From: Phycisphaerae bacterium
Lineage (GTDB): Bacteria; Planctomycetota; Phycisphaerae; UBA1845
Length of the DNA stretch: 64,000 nucleotides
Direction of reading: 5' to 3'
Assembly (NCBI GenBank): GCA_963666835.2
Contig: CAXXGO010000006.1
Location: forward strand, 1,888,001 to 1,952,000
Within the stretch, counting starts at the first letter, position 1, and every line of letters starts with the position of its first letter. Below the pieces are notes generated by a model, which was not told the DNA's origin, did not search any database, and saw nothing but the letters and a program-made list of their open reading frames with translations. Of the stretch, positions 28,391 through 39,790 are shown piece by piece. The translations under genes were made by a program, and so were the position numbers.

Positions 28391-29431
28391 CTAATCCACA
28401 CCCTGTTCAGCCAGCCAGCGTTCCGCGTCGATTGCCGCTTTGCAGCCCATTCCGGCGGCGGAGATTGCCTGCCGGTAGACGCTGTCCACCACGTCGCCGG
28501 CACCGAACACGCCTTCGACACTTGTGGTCGACCGGTAGGGATCGGCCAGCTTGATGTAACGCTTCTCGTCGAGTTCGAGCTGGCCTTCCAGGAACTTCGT
28601 GGCCGGTGTGTGGCCGATGGCCATGAACATGCCGCCCACCTCCAGCGTGGATTCCTCGTTGCTGACGGTGTCTTTCAGTCTAATCCCGGTGATCTTGTCC
28701 TCGCCGAGCACATCGACCGGGAACTTGTTCCAGAGAATCTCGATCTTCGGATTGTCCGCCGCCCGCTGCGCCATGATTTTCGACGCCCGAAGCTGGTCGC
28801 GGCGATGGATCAGGCACACCTTCGAAGCAAACTTGGTGAGATACATGGCCTCCTCGACTGCTGAGTCGCCCCCGCCCACGACGGCAAGAACCTGATCACG
28901 AAAGACCGGCAACGCCCCATCACACACCGCACAGGCGCTGACCCCGCCGCCACTCCGCGCCAGCCGCTGCTCGTTTTCGAGCCCGAGCCAGTTGGCCGTG
29001 GCCCCGGTGGCGACGATCAGAGCGTGGGCACGATACTCCGTGTCGTCCTCTCCGATTACCAGGAAAGGCCGTTGCGAAAGATCGACGCGCCGGCAATCGT
29101 GGTATGAATACGAGTGCCCGTCGTCCGGATTGGATACGTCGGGGTTGAGCCCCGCGTCCGTGACGATTCGGGTCCCGAACCGGACGGCCTGCTGCTCCAA
29201 CTGGGCCATCAACGCCGGCCCGGTGATCCCGTCTGGGAATCCGGGGAAGTTCTCGACCTCGGTGGTCATCATGAGCTGCCCGCCCGGCAGAACGGTGGAC
29301 GGCACCGTCTTGGGACGCCCGGCAAACACCAGCGGGCGGAGATTAGCCCGGGCGGCGTAGATGGCCGCGGTCCACCCGGCCGGTCCTGATCCGATGATGA
29401 TGACTTTCTCAATCTGACCGTTCGATGGCAT
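28391..29431 (-). CDS. trxB: Thioredoxin reductase
   Basis: [47 protein letters not shown]...YRQAI. Confidence 0.95.
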   Translation of the reverse strand: MPSNGQIEKVIIIGSGPAGWTAAIYAARANLRPLVFAGRPKTVPSTVLPGGQLMMTTEVENFPGFPDGITGPALMAQLEQQAVRFGTRIVTDAGLNPDVSNPDDGHSYSYHDCRRVDLSQRPFLVIGEDDTEYRAHALIVATGATANWLGLENEQRLARSGGGVSACAVCDGALPVFRDQVLAVVGGGDSAVEEAMYLTKFASKVCLIHRRDQLRASKIMAQRAADNPKIEILWNKFPVDVLGEDKITGIRLKDTVSNEESTLEVGGMFMAIGHTPATKFLEGQLELDEKRYIKLADPYRSTTSVEGVFGAGDVVDSVYRQAISAAGMGCKAAIDAERWLAEQGVD

Positions 29432-29687
29432 GACGATTCGCGCTCCTGGATCACCCGTAGTTGCGGCATTCCGAGGCCGGCGGCCACCCGATGTGGTTGC
29501 CGTCCTCGGACCGGTGAGTTCATGATAGCCTTCAATGCAGGGTTCTCCAAGCGGGGAGCGTGATCGGGTTTGACCGTGTCAGAGGCGGCTTCTATCCTCA
29601 GGGCTTGGCGGGTGGTAGGAATGGTGTGACGCGGCTCTTCGTGGGCGGCCGGTTGGTGCTCGCAGGGGAGAACAAGGGGGCGAGGAT

Positions 29688-30659
29688 ATGTCTCAATTGC
29701 GCAGATTGTCGCGGACTGCACGGATAGCGTGTCTGGTTGCGTTCGGCTTGTTCGTTGGCTGTTCTTCGACCCAGCGTGCCAGCGCGCCCGTGGAGTTCAC
29801 CGCGCAGCCTTGGACGGAAGACGGATTCACGGGCAGGTGGATTACGACTCCGCACTTCGAGATAGCCAGCACCCTGCGCGACGTGGAGTTCGAAGCTGCG
29901 TTGCCCGGCTTCCTCGAGGCGGCTTATGCGGGTTATCAGAAATCGCTGCCCGTGGCGGATGGTCGGGCGGCTAAGCTGACCACGTATGTTTTCGGAAGCC
30001 GGCCGGAGTGGGAGCAATTCGTTCGGCGTCGGTTCCCGGATCGGCATGCGCTCTACTCGCGCATTCGATCGGGCGGGTTTACCGAACGCGCGGTCTCGGT
30101 TTCTTTTTACACCGGGCGTCCCACCACGCTAGCTACGCTGGCGCACGAGGGCTGGCATCAATATGTGTCTTCGAATGTCGAGACTCCGATTCCGGCGTGG
30201 CTCAATGAGGGGTTGGCTTGTTACCACGAAGCGGTGGACTACGTCGGCCGCGTGCCGCGTTTCACCCCGCGGCACAACACGTTCCGCATCAACAACCTGC
30301 GAACGGCGATTCAGCGCGACGAGTTACTGTCCGTTCCGGAGCTTGTGGACACCGACGCCGGTCAGATCATCGGCGAAGATGACAGCATCAAGACCCAGAC
30401 ATATTACGCCCAAGCCTGGGCGTTGATTACATATTTGCGACACGGGGTTGACGGTAAACATGCCGCGGCGTTCGATAAGCTGCTCAGCGATTTGGCGTCG
30501 GGCGAGTACGCCGTGCGCGTAAGTGCCGCGAAGCTATCAGCGGGAGCGTCGGCGGCCATCAGTGACGCGGAGGCCGCATTTGAAGCCTACTTCGGATGCC
30601 CGTCTCGGGATATTGCGGATTCATACTACGATCACCTCATTCGGGTGGCGGACTATTAG
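29688..30659 (+). CDS. Lipoprotein with zincin HExxH motif (DUF1570-like)
   Basis: Lipobox FVG-C; LAHEGWHQ...PAWLNEGLA...YAQAWAL. Confidence 0.8.
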   Translation: MSQLRRLSRTARIACLVAFGLFVGCSSTQRASAPVEFTAQPWTEDGFTGRWITTPHFEIASTLRDVEFEAALPGFLEAAYAGYQKSLPVADGRAAKLTTYVFGSRPEWEQFVRRRFPDRHALYSRIRSGGFTERAVSVSFYTGRPTTLATLAHEGWHQYVSSNVETPIPAWLNEGLACYHEAVDYVGRVPRFTPRHNTFRINNLRTAIQRDELLSVPELVDTDAGQIIGEDDSIKTQTYYAQAWALITYLRHGVDGKHAAAFDKLLSDLASGEYAVRVSAAKLSAGASAAISDAEAAFEAYFGCPSRDIADSYYDHLIRVADY

Positions 30660-30680
30660 TGCCGGGTAGCGCGGGCGGGG

Positions 30681-32846
<2,166 letters not shown>

Positions 32847-34606
32847 TCAGCGAGGAGCCGTCCATGGCCAATGGTGGGAACGAACACGATTATGATCCAT
32901 TCGACAGCCTGGACTCTGAAGAAGATGCGTTCGGTCAAGGCGGACCTCGCGAAGACTACGAGTTTGCACACGAAAGCCCACCGCAACAGCAGTCCTCACC
33001 CGACGAGCCCGGCTATTGTGTGGTGCAGGAGCCCACGGCGGAGAGTATGGAGCCCGTAGCCGACGCCGCGCCGGCAGCTCACTCGGCTGAAGATGAACAG
33101 CTTCTATGTGAAATCGAGAAAAGTCAGAACAAATCCCGCGGGGTGATTGCGCTGGTTCTGACGCTGCTGATTTCCGGGGCCGTGTTCGTCGTTGTGGGGA
33201 AGGCCTGGTGGTCTTGGGAGTTGGTGCTGATGTTCTTGGCGATTCTGCTGATTCACGAGTTCGGCCATTTCGTCACCATGAAGGGTCTGAAGTATCGCAA
33301 CGTGAACATGTTCTTCATCCCGCTCCTCGGAGCAGCCGTGACCGGACGTCATTACAACACTCCTGCGTGGAAGAAGGCAATGGTTGCGTTGATGGGGCCG
33401 CTCCCCAGCATCTTCCTGGCGACCGGGGTCGGAATCGCGGCGGTCGTGGCGGATATGGATTGGCTGGTATATGCATGCGTTCTGTCTTTGTTTCTCAACG
33501 GACTCAATCTTGCGCCGTTTCTTCCGTTTGACGGCGGGCACGTTTTGCACGCGGTGCTGTTCTGCAGGCACTACTACCTTGACGTGGCGTTTCGCGTCAT
33601 CACGGTCTTGATCGTACTTGCTTTCGCGGTGTTGCTCGAGGGGTCGCCGTTTCTGGTCGGCCTAGCGGTGTTTCTGGGGATGACAATCCTCATTACTCTG
33701 CGCAACGGGCGGATTGCGCGTGAGTTGAAATCTGAAGGGAGCCTCGAGTTGGCCGGCGAGGACGATCGCGTGACACCCGCGACTGCACTACGCGTCGCGC
33801 ACGCTTTGCGGGCAGGGACTAACCCCAAGATGAGCGCCAAGGCCCTAGCGCAATCTGTGCTGCAAGTAGTTGAGCAGATTAACGCTCATCCGCCTGGCGT
33901 CTTGGCCTCGATCGGCTTGCTGTTCCTTCACGGTGCCGGGCTGGGCGTTGCTTTGTTCGCGGGGTTCTTCCTGAGCATTGCCGTAAACGAAGACCTGCGG
34001 GAGAGATTCTGGGTGGCGGCCGAACCGCCGCCGCTATACGCGTATGATTGTGATGCGGTCGAGACGCGGGGTGAGCGGTACGTGCCAACCTTCGGCACCA
34101 ACTACATCATTGCGACGTTTGCCACGCCGGCTGACGCAAACACGGCTTATAAATCGGCCAAGCCGGACATCTCCGCGCAAGACCATCTCCAGAGGTTCGG
34201 TCGGACGGTGAGCATTGCGTTGAGCAGCGAATCCACGCCGGAGATGCGGAAGTCCTGGATAGACCGATGGGAGTTGGAAGCGCAGGAACTTATCGTCGAC
34301 TTACCATACAGTCCGGTGTTATTCTCGCTAGACGCGACGTTCTCTGACGCTGCATTCGCCCGTCGGGTTGACAATGAGGTTCAGGCATATCTTAAGAATG
34401 AGTTTCAGAGTGCATTAAGCCCTCCTTGGCAGCCCGATGCTCCGGTACGCGATCCTGCCGAAGGCGAAAGATACGAGGCGCGGCGGACCTGTATCGAACT
34501 ATCAAAGGCCGTTGATAAGGCGTGTCCTTGCGGTGAGCGTGTATGACGCGATTTGAGCGACCCGGTATCGTCAGCCGTCGACCGATGGTGGTCTGGAGGA
34601 CGGCTG

Positions 34607-35047
34607 ATGAGATCCAGAGGGACAGGCACGCTCCCGGCTCGCCTCGAGGCGGGTCGGCGGCGTTTTGAACGTTGGCGTCGGACCCGTGAAGGCCGCTCGC
34701 GCATTCCGGATCCGCTGTGGAGTTTGGCGGTGAAGCTCTCCGCAACGTACGGGATTCACCGAACCGCCAAGACGCTGCGACTCAATCCCGACTCGCTCAA
34801 GAAACGGGTGGCATCTGCAAACGGCGATGGCTCGCTTGGGCAGAGGAAACCCCGACAGAAGACCGCCGGGCAGGAGGCAGCCACGGCTTTCGTTGAGTTG
34901 GTGTCTACTGAAGGCACTTGCCCGCCCGAGTGCATCGTCGAACTGGAGAATCCTCGCGGGGCGAAGATGCGGATCCACGCCAAAGGCAACCAAATCCCGG
35001 ACGTGGTGACGGCGGTGAGCCAGATCTTCTTCGGCGCCATGCCATGA
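34607..35047 (+). CDS. tnpA: IS66 accessory protein TnpA-like
   Basis: GGAGGA SD; RIPDPLWSLAVKL...TAKTLRL HTH, AFVEL...VELENPRGAKMRI. Confidence 0.8.
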   Translation: MRSRGTGTLPARLEAGRRRFERWRRTREGRSRIPDPLWSLAVKLSATYGIHRTAKTLRLNPDSLKKRVASANGDGSLGQRKPRQKTAGQEAATAFVELVSTEGTCPPECIVELENPRGAKMRIHAKGNQIPDVVTAVSQIFFGAMP

Positions 35048-35406
35048 TTCAGGTCACACCCCAGATGCGCATCCTGGTGGCCGTCGAGCCCGCCGATTTT
35101 CGAAAAGGCATAGATGGCCTGGCCCGGCTGTGCAAGGAGGAGTTGAAACGCGACCCGTTTTGCGGCTGGGTGTTCGTATTCCGCAATCGACGGGCCACGG
35201 CTGTGAAGGTTTTGGCTTATGATGGGCAAGGATTCTGGTTAAGCCATAAACGTTTGTCGAGCGGGCGGTTTCGCTGGTGGCCCGTCAGTAAGACAGGGGC
35301 GAGCAAGACGCTGGAGGCGCACCAGCTGCACGTCCTCCTGTCGGCGGGCAATCCCGACGCGGCGCAGGCACCGGCGGCATGGCGGCGAGTCAACGCAGCA
35401 TCTTGA
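35044..35406 (+). CDS. tnpB: IS66 accessory protein TnpB (Orf2-like)
   Basis: ADFRKGIDGL...FVFRNRR...KVLAYDGQGFWLSHKRLSSGRF.WP; ATGA overlap with tnpA. Confidence 0.92.
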   Translation: MIQVTPQMRILVAVEPADFRKGIDGLARLCKEELKRDPFCGWVFVFRNRRATAVKVLAYDGQGFWLSHKRLSSGRFRWWPVSKTGASKTLEAHQLHVLLSAGNPDAAQAPAAWRRVNAAS

Positions 35407-35435
35407 GAGCGAATGAAAAAACTCGGCCTTCGGGC

Positions 35436-35464
35436 TTGCGTTCTACTTTTGATCCTGCTACGCT
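35436..35464 (+). promoter_or_regulatory. Internal IS promoter candidate
   Basis: TTGCGT-17 nt-TACGCT, 6 nt before ATG 35471, no SD. Confidence 0.55.
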
Positions 35465-35470
35465 GCGGTC

Positions 35471-36343
35471 ATGGACGTGCTGCGGTACCGAGGCCGGGTT
35501 GTCACCGACGCCGACGTCGCCTTCATTGGTGACCTCATCAGCGCGCATCCAACCGCCACGCGGCGGGCACTGTCCCTGAAGCTGTGCGAGGCCTGGAACT
35601 GGGTCCAGCCCAACGGCGTTCTGCGGGACATGGTCTGTCGCGGATTGTTGCTGGCGTTGCATCGCGCGGGCCACATCGAGCTGCCGCCGGCGCGGAAGTC
35701 CAATCCTCTGGGGCCGCAGCGTCGGACACCTTCGCGCGCGACGCTCCGCTGTGATCCCATCGAGGGGCGACTGTCCGACATCCTTCCGCTTACCATCGCT
35801 CAGGTGCGACGCACCGGTGATGAATCGCTGTTCGACAGTCTGCTTCAGACCCACCACTATCTGGGCTACACCCAGCCGGTCGGCGAACATTTGAAGTATC
35901 TGATCTCGACAAATGGTGTTCCGGTGGCCTGCCTGGCGTGGTCCTCGGCGCCGCGGCACCTGGGTCCAAGAGACCGCTTCATCGGTTGGTCGGCCGACAG
36001 CCGGCGGAAGAACATCCGCTTCATCGCTTACAACCTCCGCTTTCTGATCCTGCCGTGGGTCGAGGTCCCTCATCTGGCCTCGCACATTTTGGGTCGCATG
36101 GCCCGGGTGTTACCTCAGGACTGGGAGCGGATCTACGGCCACCCCATCTACTTCCTGGAGACCTTCGTTGATCCCCAGAGATTCAAAGGCACCTGTTACC
36201 GCGCGGCCAACTGGTTGGTTCTGGGGCGCACCACGGGCCGGGGCAAGGACGACCTGACCCACCGGCCTAACCGGTCCATCAAAGAGGTGCTGGGCTACCC
36301 ACTCTCGAAGCATTTTCGAAAACGATTGTGCCACACCGCATGA
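35471..36343 (+). CDS. DUF4338 protein (Druantia DruA-like domain; Mom/GNAT-like fold inferred)
   Basis: HHYLG...GEHLKY, RDRFIGW, NLRFLILPWV..PHLASHIL, ETFVD..RFKGTCYRAANW...GRTTGRG. Confidence 0.85.
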   Translation: MDVLRYRGRVVTDADVAFIGDLISAHPTATRRALSLKLCEAWNWVQPNGVLRDMVCRGLLLALHRAGHIELPPARKSNPLGPQRRTPSRATLRCDPIEGRLSDILPLTIAQVRRTGDESLFDSLLQTHHYLGYTQPVGEHLKYLISTNGVPVACLAWSSAPRHLGPRDRFIGWSADSRRKNIRFIAYNLRFLILPWVEVPHLASHILGRMARVLPQDWERIYGHPIYFLETFVDPQRFKGTCYRAANWLVLGRTTGRGKDDLTHRPNRSIKEVLGYPLSKHFRKRLCHTA

Positions 36344-38058
36344 AGAAGACCATACCCATTGAGAAGATCGCTATGAAAGAACTGGAATCCATTCTGCAAC
36401 GCGCTGAGACGGCTCCGCTGGATGCAAAGGACCGCGCGAAGCTCAAGGCGGTGTTCGAATCCTACCTTCACCTGACGGACCTACTCGAGGACAAGCAGAT
36501 GACAATCAAGCGTCTACGGCAGATGCTCTTCGGCGCCGGCACCGAGAAGACCCGCGATGTGATCAAGGAGGAGGAAGACGAACCCGAGTCGCCGCCGGCG
36601 ACGGGCGGGGATTCGCGTGCCCCGCCGGAGAAGACGGGCGAAGAGGGCTCGGAACCGCAGCAGAAACGCAAAGGACATGGGCGCAACGGCGCCGACGCCT
36701 ACACCGGCGCTGAGAAGATCAGGGTGCCTCACGAATCCCTCCAGCCGGGGGATTCGTGCCCGGCGTGCAAGAAGGGCACAGTCTACCAGATGAAGAAACC
36801 CGGTGTGCTGATCCGGATTGTGGGTCAGGCTCCGGTGGCGGCCACGGTCTTCGAGCTTCAGAAGCTGCGCTGCCATCTGTGTGGCAAGGTATTCACGGCC
36901 GAGCCGCCCGAGGGAGCGGACGAGGAGAAGTACGACGCGACGGCAGCGAGTATGATCGCCCTGCTGAAGTACGGAAGTGGGTTACCCTTCAATCGATTGG
37001 AAGGCCTGCAGGGAAACCTGGGCATTCCTCTGCCGGCCTCGACCCAGTGGGACATCGTCCGCGACACCGCCGAGATCATCCAGCCGGCCTATGATGAGCT
37101 GATCCGGCAGGCTGCCCAGGGGGAGGTGCTGTACAATGACGATACCACGATGAAGATTCTGGAACTGATGGGGAAGCGGGCTACCGCCAGAGCCTGTGCC
37201 GAAGCTGAAGGCGAGGACGAGGGCGATGGCGCACCCGAGCGTGCGAAGAACGTACCCAAGCGCTCGGGGGTGTTCACCTCGGGCATCGTGTCCACCCGCG
37301 AAGGGCGCACGATCGCGCTGTTCTTCACGGGGCGGCGGCACGCTGGGGAAAACTTGGACGAGGTCCTGGCCCACAGAGCCTCGGAGCTGGGTGTGCCGAT
37401 CCAAATGTGCGACGCCCTGTCGCGTAATGCGCCCAAGGAATTCGAGACCATCCTGAGCAACTGCCTGTCCCACGGCCGGCGCCAGTTCGTCGATGTGGTG
37501 GAGAACTTCCCGGACGAGTGTCGCCACGTGCTTTTGACCCTGAGGGACGTCTACAAGCATGATGCCATCGCGCAGAAGCAGGACCTGACGTCCGAAGAGC
37601 GCCTCCGCTTCCACCAAGCTGAGAGTGGCCCGCTGATGGACGACCTCAAGGAATGGCTAACCAGGCAACTCAAGGACCACCTGGTGGAGCCGAACTCCGG
37701 TCTCGGCGAGGCTATTACCTATATGCTCAAGCACTGGGACAAGCTGACGCTCTTCTTGCGTAAGGCTGGGGCTCCGCTGGACAATAATGTTTGCGAACGA
37801 ATTCTGAAGCGGGCGATTCTTCACCGTAAGAATGCGATGTTCTTCATGAGCGAAAACGGTGCCCGCGTGGGCGATCTATTCATGAGTCTGATCCACTCCT
37901 GCCAGCTTTGCGGCGCCAATCCCTTCGATTACTTGACCGAGCTACAGAAGCACGCGGCGGAACTCACCTCCGATCCCGCGACGTGGATGCCCTGGAATTA
38001 CCGGGACGAATGGAAGAGGCGAAACGTGGACACGGAAACGGCAGTGGGATATGTCTAA
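36340..38058 (+). CDS. tnpC: IS66 DDE transposase TnpC
   Basis: LFG..TEK, CPAC...CHLC Zn ribbon, LPFNR, NDDT, MCDA, CLSHGRRQF, AITY...W..L, LDNNVCER. Confidence 0.93.
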   Translation: MKKTIPIEKIAMKELESILQRAETAPLDAKDRAKLKAVFESYLHLTDLLEDKQMTIKRLRQMLFGAGTEKTRDVIKEEEDEPESPPATGGDSRAPPEKTGEEGSEPQQKRKGHGRNGADAYTGAEKIRVPHESLQPGDSCPACKKGTVYQMKKPGVLIRIVGQAPVAATVFELQKLRCHLCGKVFTAEPPEGADEEKYDATAASMIALLKYGSGLPFNRLEGLQGNLGIPLPASTQWDIVRDTAEIIQPAYDELIRQAAQGEVLYNDDTTMKILELMGKRATARACAEAEGEDEGDGAPERAKNVPKRSGVFTSGIVSTREGRTIALFFTGRRHAGENLDEVLAHRASELGVPIQMCDALSRNAPKEFETILSNCLSHGRRQFVDVVENFPDECRHVLLTLRDVYKHDAIAQKQDLTSEERLRFHQAESGPLMDDLKEWLTRQLKDHLVEPNSGLGEAITYMLKHWDKLTLFLRKAGAPLDNNVCERILKRAILHRKNAMFFMSENGARVGDLFMSLIHSCQLCGANPFDYLTELQKHAAELTSDPATWMPWNYRDEWKRRNVDTETAVGYV

Positions 38059-38641
38059 ACGCAGCTCGAAGAAAGCGGTCAAACCTCCCAAGATAGCGGA
38101 CCCCGGGCAACGGCTGCGCAAGGCGCTGGCCAGGCGCACGAAAGGTGAGCTGATTGATGTTCTCGTGGAATTGGCCAGTGATGATCGCGCAGTTCTCCGG
38201 CGGTTTGCGGCACGCTTCGAACTACAGGCTCCGCCCAAAGAACTCTTGGTGATGACCCGTCAAGCGATTGCCGACGCTACCGCCTTCGACGAGCGGGACG
38301 CCAATTACAACTTCAGCTACGACGACGAAGCATACCGTGAAGTGCAACAGAATCTGAACCGCTTGATCGAGCTGGGGCATCTACGGCCGGCCATGGAGTT
38401 GTCGCTGGAGCTGATGGATCAGGGAAGCTACCAGGTCGAATCGAGCGATGAGGGATTGATGACCGAGGACATCGAGGCGTGTTTCGGTACGGTCCTGAAA
38501 GCCCTCCGAAAGTGCGACCTGCCGGCAGCCGAGGTGATCGCGTGGTGCGCGAAGATGCTCAAGACTGACCGCGTGGGCTTCATCTGCGATCAGGAGCTTC
38601 ACACGCTGCGACGGCGATTCGAGGGCACGCCGTCGCCATGA
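38051..38641 (+). CDS. Hypothetical helical protein, IS passenger
   Basis: 196 aa, overlaps the tnpC stop, ends inside the element before the right TIR. Confidence 0.7.
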   Translation: MSKRSSKKAVKPPKIADPGQRLRKALARRTKGELIDVLVELASDDRAVLRRFAARFELQAPPKELLVMTRQAIADATAFDERDANYNFSYDDEAYREVQQNLNRLIELGHLRPAMELSLELMDQGSYQVESSDEGLMTEDIEACFGTVLKALRKCDLPAAEVIAWCAKMLKTDRVGFICDQELHTLRRRFEGTPSP

Positions 38642-39417
38642 CCCGCCGCCAATTCCCCAGGTGGATGTCGAGTCCTGAAAGCCGACCGGACCTCACATCG
38701 TGATGCCCGCCAAGCAACGGCCCGCGTCTTCCCCCCCACAACGAACCGCGCGCCGCAAATCGGATCATACACGCTCACCGGAAAGACACGATAAGGCGAT
38801 CGACGACGATAAACGGGCGGCCTCGGCCGTACGTATTGCTGACTACGATAAGCTGCAGGAAATCAGAGACGAGATCACGCGCAGCACGGTTGCCGATCTC
38901 AAGATCTCCAATCCGGATATCGATGTTGTTACAGCAGACCTCTACGTGCGATGGACAACCGGTGAGTATGACAAGGAGGCTTATCGGTTACTGTTGGAGC
39001 GGATGGGAGGAGTGTTCATCGACTATGAGGAGTACGAGGATCCACAAGAGGGCGATAGCGACGATGACAACGATTCCGGATCTGCGAAAACGGCTGATGA
39101 TTCGCCCGGTGATTCGGATATCGACGCGGATAACGCCGACGGCGAAGCGCCCGAGGCCGACGAGTTCGACGAAGAGGATTACGATTATGCGTTGACCGCG
39201 GGCTTTGAACGATATGGGGCCAGGGGTTCGAGTTTCAGGAATAGAAAGACGGTGTCGTTTCGCGCGGTTTCATTGAACGTCGATGCGGAGGGTGCACGGG
39301 CGATTACGGACTGGCTATGTTCGCTGGGCGCGCAAGAGATAACTTATGCCTTCTATGTAGATGATTGGGAGTAGTGCTGCGTTAGTGACACTCCGAGAGC
39401 TTTTCGGTTCTTTAACC

Positions 39418-39654
39418 GGCAGGTCTCGTTCCTCGACCATGCCCTACCTGCTGTGCGGCATGGGCTCCTGGCCCTCCGAGGTCAGCCCGTAACGTGGTGA
39501 TGAGTTGCGTCGCATCAGTATCGTGACCGTCATGGAGCAACTTCGTTGCGTGAATGCGTCGCTGCGTGTCGGCCGGGGGCGGGTCGCTCACGCTCACCGT
39601 ACTGGTCGCGCGGGTTCCTGAATTGGCAGGTCTCGTTGCTCGACCATGCCCTAC
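39418..39654 (-). repeat. Two REP-like family A copies
   Basis: GGCAGGTCTCGTT(C/G)CTCGACCATGCCCTAC at 39418-39447 and 39625-39654. Confidence 0.88.
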
Positions 39655-39790
39655 CTGCTCAGAAGCTTCTTCGAGGGCTGTCGGGACGCACAACTGCGCA
39701 GATCGGATTGACTACGTTCGTTGCCGGCCGATAGAATGCACCAATTGGGTTACAGCGAAGATCACTGTCACCTGCCCAACGGAGTGACGT

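Larger units (their letters stand above)
34522..38789 (+). mobile_element. Complete IS66-family element, 4,268 bp, five ORFs
   Basis: TIRs 34522-34555 and 38756-38789 (30/34 match, ends GTGTC...GACAC); TSD GATAAGGC at 34514-34521 and 38790-38797. Confidence 0.95.
32864..39374 (+). pseudogene. Site-2 protease (M50) gene interrupted by IS66 (5' part 32864-34521, 3' part 38790-39374)
   Basis: HEFGH and NLAPFLPFDGG motifs; removing the IS and one TSD copy restores ...SKAVDKA-IDDDKRAAS... in frame. Confidence 0.88.

Noticed and set aside
28351..28521. N-terminal extension of the ATPase ORF
   Set aside because: Overlaps trxB in another frame; the family-typical start is MLSHLGVKNYKS at 28350
35044..35406. 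RNA-guided TnpB nuclease
   Set aside because: This is the 120-aa IS66 accessory TnpB, unrelated to IS200/IS605 RuvC TnpB
35471..36343. Complete Druantia defence system
   Set aside because: Only the DUF4338 domain is present, inside an IS; no DruE helicase or other dru genes
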